This document shows positions 1 to 13,790 of a stretch of DNA of 64,000 nucleotides, one piece after another. The notes under the pieces were generated by a model that did not search any database, was not told the origin of the DNA, and was given only the letters and a program-made list of their open reading frames with translations. A program made the translations under genes and the position numbers. The DNA comes from Eledone cirrhosa (taxonomy: Eukaryota). The stretch is taken from assembly GCA_964016885.1 (NCBI GenBank), contig OZ024741.1:329220001-329284000 (forward strand), in the 5' to 3' direction. The first letter of the stretch is position 1. The number at the start of each line of letters is the position of its first letter.

Positions 1-720
1 AAATTTCCGAGGAAAACTTGGGAAAGTCCGTGCGGAAATATGGGAAAGTCCGAGGAAAATGGGGAAGAGTCCGACGAAGAAAAAGAAAAGACCAATAAAC
101 ACTTGGAACGTCCGAGGAAGATCAGGGAAATCCGAGTAAATCCGAGGCTAACCAGGAAAACCTGGGAAAGTCCAAGAAAAATCGGAACAGTCTGAGGAAA
201 AGCTGAGAAAGCCCAGGAAAACCTTGGTAAGTCTGAGGAAAATATGGGAAAACTGGGAAACTGATGAAAAGAGGGAAAATTCCGAGGATAAATCTGGGCT
301 AATCCGAGGAAAACCAGGTAAAACCTATGTGAGGAAAGCCTGGGAAAGTCCAAGGAAAATCGTGAAAAGTCCGTGGATCTGCGAATGTCCGACGAGAATC
401 TGGGAATGGCCGAGGAAGATAGGAAAAGTCCCAGGAAGATCTGGGAAATTCTGAGGAAAATCGTGAAAATTCGAGGAAATCCAGGAAAACCTGGGAAAGT
501 CCGCGGATATTCGGGAAATGTCCAAGGAAAAGCTGAGAAGGACCAGGAAAACTTTGGAAAGTCCGAAAAAAATCTGGGAAAATCGAGAAAGGTTCGAGGA
601 AATCCAGGAAAAGCCAGGGATAACCGGGGATTTTACGTGGAAAACCTGGGGAAATGTCGAGTAAAATATGGGAAAGTCCCAGGAAGAGTAGGAAAAGCCC
701 AGGTAATCATGGGAAAGTCC
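1..720. repeat. Degenerate purine-rich minisatellite (about 10-22 bp units, GGAAAACCTGGGAAAGTCCGA-like), followed by (GAA)n at 723-770
   Basis: ggaaaa/gggaaagtcc/gagg motifs recur throughout; the ORFs over it are low-complexity. Confidence 0.8.
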
Positions 721-740
721 GCAAGAAGAAGAAGAAGAAG

Positions 741-771
<31 letters not shown>

Positions 772-802
772 TAAGTATATATACATGTATAAACCTATAT
801 TA

Positions 803-839
<37 letters not shown>

Positions 840-1227
840 CAAAGTGTGTTATTCATAATTTGCCGTTGATATGCAACACGTTATATAGAGATATTTCTGA
901 TGATTTTAGACTCAATACAGGTATTGATTTGATAATTTTATTGTTATCTGAAACTGTTACCAAAATGTTCTGACATAGACAGCACAATCTATACTCTCTA
1001 ATACGAATACATTTAACACTTTTATACTCGTGCATCCTCATTGAAGTTGAGGGGTAATTGATACATATGGGCTCTTAAAAACCGAAACTCGCTTCCACCT
1101 CATACAACAGCTGATGACTGCCTCTGTGTTTAAATTCTCGGACAGTGGATTTTTTGCATATATATATTCATATATATATATATTCATAACACCGATTATT
1201 ACAATTTCTGCTCTCCTCACCACACAC

Positions 1228-1318
<91 letters not shown>

Positions 1319-1496
1319 ATTGATGACTTTTCATGAACGAAACATATCTATTCAGTTAGAGTCATTTCTGTAATGAGATAAAGATGCCTATACTCTACTA
1401 ACGTATTGAGTACCTTTTTCAACTGTGGTCACCTCCCGATATACATCAGGCATCTGAATCTATATATATACATTTACACACACACAAATACATGCA

Positions 1497-1777
<281 letters not shown>

Positions 1778-2215
1778 CATATATATATATATATGTGTGT
1801 GTGCGTGTGTGTGTGTGTATGTATGTATGTATGTATGTATGTATGTATGTATGTATACAACGATTTATAAATGAAGATATCACAAGATATGACAAAACAA
1901 GATGGTGCTAGGACGCCCAACATGTTGTTATGATTATTAATCATGCAGATCAAATAAATCCAAGGTAAAGTTAGGCAGTTAAGATATCAGACATTGGAAT
2001 ATAACTGGCATCACGGTGCATTAATATATATTTTAATAACCAAAAGCTTTTAGGGATTGAACGCATCTTTTTTTTTATTCTATGTGATGACATTATACCT
2101 TAGATGTCTGTTTAAAAATGACTGTATGTTAATATTGAGCTTTTTACTTATTTTTCTTTTTATTCTTATTTTTTTTATTTGCCACTCTAAGGTACTCGTT
2201 TAACGATGCATTTAT

Positions 2216-2312
2216 TATTCCTAATGAGGCGATGATTAAAAGTAATTAATTAATTAATTAATCGAAATTAATGAATATGGATAGCTTCCATAATCGAAAC
2301 GCACGTAGAATG
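2216..2312 (+). ncRNA. Degenerate type I hammerhead motif
   Basis: Stem I tattc/gaatg, core CTAATGA (G5>A, probably inactive), GAAA-cgcacg-TA. Confidence 0.4.
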
Positions 2313-2319
2313 AAAAAAA

Positions 2320-2418
<99 letters not shown>

Positions 2419-2569
2419 ACTATCTCTCTCTCTCTCTTTCTCTCTCTCTATCTCTCTCTCTCTCTTTCTTTCTCTCTCTCTCTTTCCCTCTTTCGCTTGC
2501 CTTCTCCCATTACTTATCTCCCTCTCTCCCAATCCACCCTCTCTCCCTTTCACATACACAAATACATGC

Positions 2570-2615
<46 letters not shown>

Positions 2616-3073
2616 GTATGTATATATTTGTAAAGTGCATATGTAAGTGTATAAGTCTAAAGCGAAACCATTTTCACTTCTATTTTTTATCTGGTTTTCA
2701 ATTTATCTTTTCCTTTTAACGTTTGAAGTTTTTCATAACTTTCCTACAATATGTTCTTTTCATTCTCAAATATTATTTGCTCGGTCTATCTCTCCTTCTC
2801 ATTTTTTTCCGTTTTCCTTGAACTTTATTTCGTACACACTCACGCACATACTCCCCCACATACACCGATCATCGCATCTATCATTTTCCTTTATATTTAT
2901 CTAATTTATATATATATATATACAGAGAGAGAGAGGGGGGGGAGAGAAATTGAAAGACAGAGATGCTGAAGAGATAGAGAAAGAAGGAGTCAGAGTGAGA
3001 AAATAGATCCGTATTTATATATATTATATATAAAACAATTATATATAAATGTACATATATATATACGTATATA

Positions 3074-3150
<77 letters not shown>

Positions 3151-3274
3151 AATAAACACAGTAAATTCCGTGTCTAAAATTACGACGGTAGAGAATACCA
3201 CAAATGTTTTATATATTTAACCTGAAACATACAGTAGGATATAAAATTATATACAGACCGTATCAATAACCATT

Positions 3275-3367
3275 TTATCTCTCGGACAGATTAGAGATTT
3301 AATCTGTTTCGCCCTGAAAATTGTGTTTGTAACAGATAATCTGTAGGCTTTCCTCAGCGAGAGATAA
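3275..3367 (-). ncRNA. Type I hammerhead ribozyme
   Basis: Mirror of 3646-3738; stem I ttatctctcg/cgagagataa is a perfect 10 bp. Confidence 0.85.
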
Positions 3368-3645
3368 GATCAAATGAAACAAAACACATCTAACAACAAC
3401 TCACAGGAGTAAATAATACACCTCGTGGGTTGCACGCTATGAGTTAATAACTCTCTATTTTATTTGTATTAATAACTCTGTATTTTATTTATATTTCGGC
3501 TCCCTAACTAGGTGAGCTTATAAGTTGAGTGTATTAAGGCTATTATTTCTAGCAAATCCACTCACACCATGTATAGCGTGCAACCCACGAGGTGTATTAT
3601 TTACTCCTGTGAGTTGTTGTTAGATGTGTTTGGTTTCATTTGATC

Positions 3646-3738
3646 TTATCTCTCGCTGAGGAAAGCCTACGGATTATCTGTTACAAACACAATTTTCAGG
3701 GCGAAACAGATTAAATCTCTAATCTGTCCGAGAGATGA
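3646..3738 (+). ncRNA. Type I hammerhead ribozyme with a full stem III
   Basis: Stem I atctctcg/cgagagat; CTGAGGA 3656-3662; stem II gcc/ggc with a long loop; GAAA 3703-3706; stem III cagatta/taatctg; GUC site, predicted cleavage after 3728. Confidence 0.85.
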
Positions 3739-3959
3739 AATGGTTATTGATACGGTCTGTATATAATTTTATATCTTACTGTATGTTTCAGGTTAAATAT
3801 ATAAAACATTTGTGGCATTGTCTACCCTCGTAATTTTAGACACGGAATTTACTGTGTTTATTTCTACATATATAATTATATATATGTATAATATATATTT
3901 ATACTTTGAGCTTGTTAATTGCAGGGTATCAATATGAGTTAATAACTCTGTATTTTATT

Positions 3960-4048
<89 letters not shown>

Positions 4049-4054
<6 letters not shown>

Positions 4055-4300
4055 ATATTAAATAAATGGAAACTATATTTATAAAACCATATTTATTCTA
4101 TTATATATATTATGAGAGCGTACCAAAGTTTTGGTACCCTTGAAATATATATAATAGAATAAATACGGTTTGATAAATATAGTTTCCATTTATTTAATAT
4201 CATTGAATATTATACTCCAGAAAAAATGGCGAGTGCTCTGAATCAGTTATAAACATTTATATTTGTTGAATTACCAATAAATTGAATATCCCTTTTGCTT
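4049..4300 (+). mobile_element. Fold-back HHR remnant (relative of the intact copy at 28670-28897)
   Basis: Inverted arms about 4049-4110 and 4144-4205 centred on stem II gtacca/tggtac; keeps ATGA...GAAA-tatata-TA but has lost CTG. Confidence 0.7.
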
Positions 4301-4320
4301 ATATATATATATATATATAT

Positions 4321-4428
<108 letters not shown>

Positions 4429-4648
4429 AGGGAGAGAGATAGAGAGAGAAAGATACGCACAACACATACACACATATATACATATATAAATTCAAATGGC
4501 TAATATGATAGTCAATAGCGTTGGGAGGCCCACATTTCAAATTTCCACATTGCTTCTGAAGTCAAAAAGGTGTTTATATAAATATACGTATATATAAATA
4601 TAGATATATAAATTATATATATATACATATATGTGTGTATGTATGTTA

Positions 4649-4688
<40 letters not shown>

Positions 4689-4764
4689 ACGGTTCTTATA
4701 TATTTGATATATATTTATCCTTATCGAGCCCCCTTTGGATTTAGTCTTCAAATTTATTATTATT

Positions 4765-4838
<74 letters not shown>

Positions 4839-4959
4839 AACATATAGATATATACACGCACACAAATATACATACCTATTCCATTTCTTAAAACTTTATG
4901 ACAATCTCATATCTATTGTCTTTGTATTTATTATTCGCAGTTCTTTTTCGTCCTCGACA

Positions 4960-5165
4960 GTCGAACGACTTTCGTCAAATCGGACCGATGGAACAATGCT
5001 TCCATTGGTCTTTCCAATTGCTAATAATACCATCTGTCGGTCCCAACTCCAGATAGGAGGAGCAACGTAAAATAAATTGTCTTGCTGAAGGACATAGATA
5101 ACGCATCGTCCCGTCCGATCGAACTCACAACCTCACGATTGCGAATTCAATTCTCTACTTATCCA
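4960..5165 (-). mobile_element. Degenerate tRNA-derived SINE, family 2
   Basis: gatcgaactcacaacctcacgattgcga...ctctac is a reverse tRNA-like head; ttgctgaaggaca body motif. Confidence 0.5.
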
Positions 5166-5171
5166 CTTAAC

Positions 5172-5211
<40 letters not shown>

Positions 5212-5249
5212 TCTGTGTCCCTGTGTGTGTCTATATGTATGTATGTGTG

Positions 5250-5282
<33 letters not shown>

Positions 5283-5722
5283 GTGTGTGTATGTATGTAT
5301 GTCTGTATATATGTATGCCGGTATGTATGTATGTATGTATGTGTGTATGTATATATATGTGTATAAATGTATGCCTGTATGTATGTATGTATGTGTGTGT
5401 GTGTATGTATGTATGTGTATATATGTATGCCTGTATGTATGTATGTATGTATGTATATATGTAGGCCTGCATGTATGTATGTATGTACGTATGTATGTAT
5501 GTATGTGTGTATAAATGTATGCCTGTATGTATGTATGTGTGTGTGTATGTATGTATGTCTGTATATATGTATGCCTGTATGTATGTATGTATGTATGTGT
5601 GTATGTATATATGTGTGTATAAATGTATGCCTGTATGTATGTATGTATGTGTGTGTATGTATGTATGTATGTATGTGTGTATATATGTATGCCTGTATGT
5701 ATGTATGTATGTATGTATATAT

Positions 5723-6332
5723 GTCAGGTCACCAGTTGGTGCTACTGGTAAAATGTTATCCCAGTACAACCTGTCCCATGGTCGGGTCGTTGGCGACTAA
5801 ACTGGCAACCCCACCAAGGTTTCTTGGTGAGGAGGGTGACTTTGGACATCCTGCAGGACTAAAAACAAAACCTGTCAAAGGGCAAAGGAGCTCTTAAGAG
5901 TCAATGACCATCCAAAATCACCGGGAGAGATGACCCCTTAGCCTTTGTCAAGGCAGAATTCTAGGAGAAGGAAAACTCTGATATAACACCTGCAACCCTG
6001 ATGGTATCCAATGATGTTGACTTGTTCTTCTTTTTGGTAAATATCATATTGGTTAAGAGAGTGGGACTGGCTTTGTGCAGTGCCTTTGCTCACTATAAAA
6101 GCTTCACGGCACAGGCATTGCTTTATATCTGGAGATCTCTCTGCACTTGTCGTCACATGGTACCATGGGCCCAGCACTATGTGTCAGTAATTGTCACAAG
6201 TGTAGTGTTTGTACCAGAGTTGTCAAGTCGCTGGCTGGACTAAAAAGTCACTCGTTCAGCGCATCGGTAGGGGTTCTCCTACATGGATATAAAGTAGTGG
6301 CCATACTCGAAAACGAGTTGGCAGCCACCATG
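5723..6332 (+). mobile_element. About 610-bp non-autonomous RTE-type LINE derivative in (TATG)n
   Basis: Three copies in the window; 3' part encodes HKCSVCTRVVKSLAGLKSH, the C2H2-like end typical of RTE ORFs; TATG tail. Confidence 0.7.
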
Positions 6333-7281
6333 TATATATGTATGCCTGCATGTATGTGTATGTATGTATGTATGTATGTATGTATGTGTGTATAAATGTA
6401 TGCCTGTATGTATGTATGTGTGTGTGTATGTATGTATGTCTGTATATATGTATGCCTGTATGTATGTATGTATGTATGTGTGTATGTATATATGTGTGTA
6501 TAAATGTATGTCTGTATGTATGTATGTGGGTGTATGTATGTATGTATGTATTTGTGTATATATGTATGCCTGTATGTATGTATGTATGTATATATGTATG
6601 CCTGCATGTATGTATGTATGTATGTATGTATGTATGTATGTATGTGTGTATGTATGTGTGTATAAATGTATGCCTGTATGTATGTGTGTGTGTGTATGTA
6701 TGTATGTGTGTATATATGTATGCCTGTATGTACATATGTATGCCTGTATGTATGTATGTATGTATATATGTATGCCTGTATGTGTGTAAGTGTGTGTCTA
6801 TATGTATGTATGTGATGTGTGTATATATGTATGCATGTATGCCTGTATATATGTATATATGTATGTATGTATGTATGTATATATGTATGTCTGTATGTAT
6901 GTATGTATGTGTGTATGTATGTGTGTGTCTATATGTATGTATGTGTGTGTATATGTATGCATGTATGCCTGTATGTATGTATGTATGTTCTTCTGGTTTT
7001 ATAATTTCACAAAGTTTTACAAAACGAGAAGAGCATACATACATACATACATACATACAGGCATACATGCATACATATACACACGTATACATACATATAG
7101 ACACACACATACATACACACATACATACATACATACATACAGGCATACATATATACATACATACATACATACATACATACATACATACATACATACATAC
7201 ATACAGGCATACATATATACAGGCATACATGCATACATATATACACACATACATACATAGAGACACACACATACACACATA

Positions 7282-7893
7282 CATGGTGGCTGCCAACTCG
7301 TTTTCGAGTACGGCCACTACTTTATATCCATGTAGGAGAACCCCTACCGATGCGCTGAACGAGTGTGACCCTCTAGTCCAGCCAGCGACTTGAAAACTCT
7401 GGTACAAACACTACACTTGTGACAATTATTGACACATAGTGCATTGCCCTTTGGTACCATGTGACGACAAGTGCAGAGAGATCTCCAGATATAAAGCAAT
7501 GCCTGTGCCGTGAAATTTTATAGTGAGCAAAGGCACTGCACAAAGCCAGTCCCACTCTCTTAACCAAGATGATATTTACCAAAAAGAAGAACAAGTCAAC
7601 ATCATTGGATACCATCAGGGTTGCAGGTGTTATATCAGAGATTTCCTTCTCCTAGAATTCTGCCTTGACAAAGGCTAAGGGGTCATCTCTCCCAGTGATT
7701 TTGGATGGCCATTGACTCTTAAGAGCTCCTTTGCCCTTTGACAGGTTTTGTTTTTAGTCCTGCAGGATTTCCAAAGTCACCCTCCTCACCAAGAAACCTT
7801 GGTGGGGTTGCCAGTTTAGTCGCCAACGACCCGACCATGAGACAGGTTGTACTGGGATACATGTTACCAGTAGCACCAAGTGGTGACCCTGAC
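7282..7893 (-). mobile_element. Second copy of the RTE derivative, inverted
   Basis: Reverse complement of 5723-6332 with several substitutions and indels. Confidence 0.75.
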
Positions 7894-8669
7894 ATACATA
7901 CATACATACATACATACATACATACATACATACATACATACATACATACATACATACATACATACATGCATACATATATACAGGCATACATGCATACATA
8001 TATACACACATACATACATAGAGACACACACATACACACATACATACATACATACATACATACATACAGGCATACATGCATACATATACACACGTATACA
8101 TACATATAGACACACACATACATACACACTTACATACATACATACATACAGGCATACATACATACATACATACATACATACATACAGGCATACATATATA
8201 CACACATACATACATAGAGAAAACACACATACACACATACATACATACATACATACATACATACATAAACATACATACATACATACATACATACATACAT
8301 ACATACATACATACATACAGGCATACATATATACATACATACGTATGTATGTATGTATGTATTTTATGTATGTATGTATATATGTATGCCTGTATATATG
8401 CCTGTATGTATGTATGAGTGTATGTATATGCTCAAAAATTTTCATAATCTCTACAGATGTTTGGCACAGTTCAGTACAATGTGATTTATAGAAAGAAAGA
8501 AAAAGAGAAAGAAAGAAGAAAGGAAAGAAAGGGGAAAGAAAGAAGTAAATAAAGAAGTGAGGAATATGCATACACACGCTTATATTTCATGTAAAAATAT
8601 GTATACACATATGTATACATATATATATATATATATATACATCAAAAGATGGTTAAAGGAGTTCCATAT

Positions 8670-8738
8670 ATTTTATTATGCGCATTTCAAAAACAAACAT
8701 CATCAAACAATAATATTTGCGTTTTCATCAGATAAAAC
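8670..8738 (-). ncRNA. Minimal type I hammerhead ribozyme
   Basis: Mirror of 11177-11245. Confidence 0.85.
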
Positions 8739-9916
8739 AGGAGAACATGATATGAAGGCTAAAAAACACTTGTTGATAGTGCAGTTTTAAATCAACATAT
8801 GAAAAGTGGTTTTAGATTGATGTGTGCATATTGGGGAAAAAATATTTTATTAGAGAGGGGGGGGAGAAAAGGATGAAAAGGGAAGGAGATGAGAGGGAGA
8901 GATGGGTGATAGAGAGAAAGAGATAGTTTTTATAACTGAGAGGAGATATATTTTATATAGAGGGGGTTGAAAACCGTTGGAAGATACTGTATAAATTAAA
9001 AATTTTGAAAATTAACGAAGGGAGGATATGTGCGAGGAAAAAATATTTTATTTAGGGAGGGGGGGGCGGGTTGGAAAGGATGAAAAAAAGGGGAGGAGAT
9101 GAGAGTGAAGGTGGAAAGGGAGAGATGGGTGATAGAGAGAAAGAGGTAGTTTTTATAACTGAGAAAAAGATATAATGTTTTAATATAGAGAGGTTGGGGA
9201 ACCGTTGGAAGATAATGTATAAATTAAAGGAATTTGAAAATTAACGAAGGGAAATTATGTATGAAGATAGAGAGAAAAAAATAATAATTGTGGGTGAATA
9301 TTCTAACGTCAATTTCAAAATTAGCAAAGAGAAAAAAAGTTTATGTGTAGAAGGATTTGAGAAAAATAATGTGAAGTTAAAGTTTGTATATTGAATTCAT
9401 ATGTATTAATAATGAGTTCGTTGATGGGAGAAAAAAATAATAATAAATTAAGGATGAAATTGAGATTAAAAGATTTATGATAGAGAGAAAATAATAATGA
9501 TTGCGGATGAATACTCAAAATGTCAAAAACAAATGTTATTGTTTTACGAGAAGATAGAATGAGGGTAATGAGTAAACGAGTATTATAGAGTGTATAATGC
9601 CCTTTAAAGTAAGGTAGATGGGTATATTTTAAAGAATATATGAGTATATATTAAAAAAAATATAATAATAAATTAAGGATGAAATTGAGATAAAAGATTT
9701 ATGATAGAGAGAAAAAATAATAATGATTGCGGATGAATATTCAAAATGTCAAAAACAAATGTTATTGTTTTACGAGAAGATAGAATGAGGGTAATGAGTA
9801 AACGAGTATTATAGAGTGTATAATGCCCTTTAAAGTAAGGTAGATGGGTATATTTTAAAGAGGTGTATGTATATGTGCCTTTGAGAAAAGATTCTAAATT
9901 GATAAAGAATTGAATA

Positions 9917-10329
9917 TTAACTGTATACTTTGTGAAAAGTTTTATGGAATTTATGCAGGCAGATAGAAAACAAATCTGAGCGTCTATTTATTATGGATTC
10001 TAGGTTAGAGATAATGGTAAATTTTTCATTTAGGCAGAGATTACAGATTTTAGATAGAGAGCTGTTCAAGTATGAGGATGCAGAAGAAATCTTTTCCGAA
10101 AGATGTTATATTTAATGTTTTTGTCTTTTAAGGACCATATGAGTTCTGAGAGAGCAGTGTTAGTTCTTTTAAGTTTGTATTTGAAAGATGAATGATGATT
10201 ATAGAGACGAGTTTTAAAAGAGGTGGAAGTGGAGCCAAAATAGGTGAAGGAATTGGTGCTAGTTATAATTTTACATTCATAAATTAAGTTTTTATCGAGG
10301 CAATGGTTGTTGAGAGGACATTTATTTTT
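9917..10329 (-). pseudogene. GIY-YIG endonuclease fragment of a Penelope-like element (Cys-rich type, possibly Naiad-like), one frameshift, 5'-truncated
   Basis: Manual translation KNKCPLNNHCLDKNLIYECKIITSTNSFTYFGSTSTSFKTRLYNHHSSF...TALSELIWSLKDK / SSASSY...CNLCLNEKFTII...NRRSDLFSICLHK...stop; LIY...YFG corresponds to GIY-YIG, with conserved R, E and N. Confidence 0.88.
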
Positions 10330-11176
10330 AATATAATACTCGTTTACTCATTACCCTCATTCTATCTTCTCGTAAAACAATAACATTTGTTTTTGACATT
10401 TTGAGTATTCATCCGCAATCATTATTATTTTCTCTCTATCATAAATCTTTTTAATCTCAATTTCATCCTTAATTTATTATTATTTTTTTCTCCCCATCAA
10501 CGAACTCATTATTAATACATATGAATTCAATATACAAACTTTAACTTCACATTATTTTTCTCAAATCCTTCTACACATAAACTTTTTTTCTCTTTGCTAA
10601 TTTTGAAATTGACGTTAGAATATTCACCCACAATTATTATTTTTTTCTCTCTATCTTCATACATAATTTCCCTTCGTTAATTTTCAAATTCCTTTAATTT
10701 ATACATTATCTTCCAACGGTTCCCAACCTCTCTATATTAAAACATTATATCTTTTTCTCAGTTATAAAAACTACCTCTTTCTCTCTATCACCCATCTCTC
10801 CCTTTCCACCTTCACTCTCATCTCCTCCCCTTTTTTTCATCCTTTCCAACCCCCCCCCCTCCCTAAATAAAATATTTTTTCCTCGCACATATCCTCCCTT
10901 CGTTAATTTTCAAAATTTTTAATTTATACAGTATCTTCCAACGGTTTTCAACCCCTCTATATAAAATATATCTCCTCTCAGTTATAAAAACTATCTCTTT
11001 CTCTCTATCACCCATCTCTCCCTCTCATCTCCTTCCCTTTTCATCCTTTTCTCCCCCCCCTCTCTAAATAAAATATTTTTCCCAATATCACACATCAATC
11101 TAAAACCACTTTTCATATGTTGATTTAAAACTGCACTATCAACAAGTGTTTTTTAGCCTTCATATCATGTTCTGCT

Positions 11177-11245
11177 GTTTTATCTGATGAAAACGCAAAT
11201 ATTATTGTTTGATGATGTTTGTTTTTGAAATGCGCATAATAAAAT
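11177..11245 (+). ncRNA. Minimal type I hammerhead ribozyme
   Basis: Stem I gttttat/ataaaat; CTGATGA 11184-11190; long stem II gcaaatattat/atgatgtttgt; GAAA 11227-11230; palindromic stem III ATGCGCAT; cleavage predicted after 11238. Confidence 0.85.
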
Positions 11246-11422
11246 ATATGGAACTCCTTTAACCATCTTTTGATCTTATATTATGCATACTCCAGTCCCA
11301 CAAACTGTAGAGTGCTTCTTATCCGATATCTGCATTGCTTTATTGTACTACAATAAAACTCACCTCCTACATATATATATATACATATATGTGTGTGTAT
11401 ATATATATATCTATGTGTATAA

Positions 11423-11466
<44 letters not shown>

Positions 11467-11491
11467 CTTTGTGTATGTATATATATATATC

Positions 11492-11629
<138 letters not shown>

Positions 11630-11668
11630 CATATATGTATATATATATACACACTCACACACAAACAC

Positions 11669-11701
<33 letters not shown>

Positions 11702-11747
11702 AACATATATGCATGTGTACACACTGCATACATATATATATATAAAT

Positions 11748-11948
11748 ATAGGAAAAAGTATGGCCCCGACGGCAGAGCTCAAGCCGTTTCGACGGCTATT
11801 TTTGGACTCAAAGTCCAGAAATAGCCGTCGAAACGGCTTGAGCTCTGCCGTCGAGATCATACTTTTTCCTATTTCCCACTCTACTACCCTAAGTATTGGG
11901 TACTCTGGTGCGTTATGGTCCATCTGGTTCCTTACCACAATTCCTTTG

Positions 11949-11951
<3 letters not shown>
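11748..11951 (+). mobile_element. Fold-back PLE-type HHR remnant, family A
   Basis: About 120-bp palindrome with GAAA-cggc..gccg-TC on each strand plus the shared tail, inside (TA)n. Confidence 0.75.
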
Positions 11952-12021
<70 letters not shown>

Positions 12022-12072
12022 TATATATATGTATATAATATATATACATACATATATATATATATGTATATA

Positions 12073-12131
<59 letters not shown>

Positions 12132-12136
12132 CATAT

Positions 12137-12172
<36 letters not shown>

Positions 12173-12186
12173 GAAAGGTATAGAAA

Positions 12187-12335
<149 letters not shown>

Positions 12336-12392
12336 AAGCGATGAAATACCAATGATGGTTGGAAGATCACTGATGAAGGACTAACTTTATTC

Positions 12393-12484
<92 letters not shown>

Positions 12485-12789
12485 GTATGTATATATATAC
12501 ACATTATTACATCTGATGTTTAAAACTACGGATGTTATTACAACTGCTACAACTACCTTGCGTTGATGTTGTTATTGTTGTTGTTGCTGGGTTGTTATTG
12601 TTTCGCTGATGGTTTTGTTATTGTTGTTGCTGTTGTTAATGCTGTTTTTGTTGTTATTGCTAACGATGATGATGTCGGTGTTGTTGTTATTCTTTCTGTT
12701 GTTGTTATTGTTTGTGATGATGTAATAATTAGTGTAGTTTTTGCTTTTTGTAGACGTAGTTGTTGTTGATGTCGTTGTTGTTGTTTTAG

Positions 12790-13790
12790 TTGTTGCTGTT
12801 GTTGTTGTGGTGGGTTTTATAGTTGTACTAGTTGGTGCTGTTGGTGGTGTTTTTGTTGTGGTTGTTGTTGTTGCTGTGGTGGTGGTGGTGGTGGGTTTTA
12901 TAGTTGTCCTAGTTGCTGCTGTTGATGATGTTTTTGTTGTGGTTGTTGTTGTTGCTGTGGTGGTGGTGGTGGTGGTGGTGGTGGTGGTGGTGGTGGTGGT
13001 GGTGGTGGTGGTGGTGGTGGTGGTGGTGGTGGTGGTGGTGGTGGGTTTTATAGTTGTCCTAGTTGCTGCTGTTGATGGTGTTTTTGTTGTGGTTGTTGCT
13101 GTTGCTGTGGTGGTGGTGGGTCTTATAGTTGTCCTAGTTGCTGCTGTTGATGGTGTTTTTGTTGTGGTTGTTGCTGTTGCTGTGGTGGTGGTGGTGGTGG
13201 TGGTGGTGGGTTTTATAGTTGTCCTAGTTGCTGCTGTTGATGGTGTTTTTGTTGTGGTTGTTGTTGTTGCTGTGGTGGTGGTGGTGGTGGTGGTGGTGGT
13301 GGTGGTGGTGGTGGGTTTTATAGTTGTCCTAGTTGGTGCTGTTGATGGTGTTTTTGTTGTGGTTGTTGTTGTTGCTGTGGTGGTGGTGGTGGGTGTTTTA
13401 TAGTTGTCCTAGTTGCTGCTGTTGATGGTGTTTTTGTTGTGGTTGTTGCTGTTGCTGTGGTGGTGGTGGGTTTTATAGTTGTCCTAGTTGCTGCTGTTGA
13501 TGGTGTTTTTGTTGTGGTTGTTGCTGTTGCTGTGGTGGTGGTGGTGGGTTTTATAGTTGTCCTAGTTGCTGCTGTTGATGGTGTTTTTGTTGTGGTTGTT
13601 GTTGCTGTGGTGGTGGTGGTGGTGTTGGTGGTGGTGGTGGTGGGTTTTATAGTTGTCCTAGTTGCTGCTGTTGATGGTGTTTTTGTTGTGGTTGTTGCTG
13701 TTGCTGTGGTGGTGGTGGTGGGTGTTATAGTTGTCCTAGTTGCTGCTGTTGATGGTGTTTTTGTTGTTGTTGCTGTGGTAGTGGTGGTGG
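12790..13790. repeat. About 60-bp minisatellite with a variable (GGT)n tract
   Basis: Unit ggttttatagttgtcctagttgctgctgttgatggtgtttttgttgtggttgttg..gctgt(ggt)n repeated more than 10 times. Confidence 0.9.

Larger units (their letters stand above)
3146..3868. mobile_element. Inverted pair of HHR-bearing PLE-like 3' ends (arms about 3146-3440 and 3573-3868)
   Basis: About 295-bp near-identical inverted arms with a unique spacer, flanked by (TG)n and (TA)n, one HHR per arm. Confidence 0.8.
8641..11370. mobile_element. Penelope-like retroelement 3' portion with inversion (minus arm 8641-10330, plus arm 10332-11370)
   Basis: About 945-bp inverted arms (8641-9587 vs 10332-11275), an HHR in each arm, GIY-YIG remnant between them, (TA)n flanks, about 200-bp internal tandem duplications. 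Confidence 0.9.

Noticed and set aside
897-1150. CTGATGA at 897 and 1111
   Set aside because: No correctly placed GAAA or pairing stems; the similar lone core at about 12370 is also truncated
5723-5810. Possible HDV-like ribozyme at the 5' end of the RTE derivative (ccagt...gg-gtcgttggcga-ctaa-actgg)
   Set aside because: P2 and P4-like parts exist but I could not build P1 and P3 in the right order; an RNArobo search would settle it
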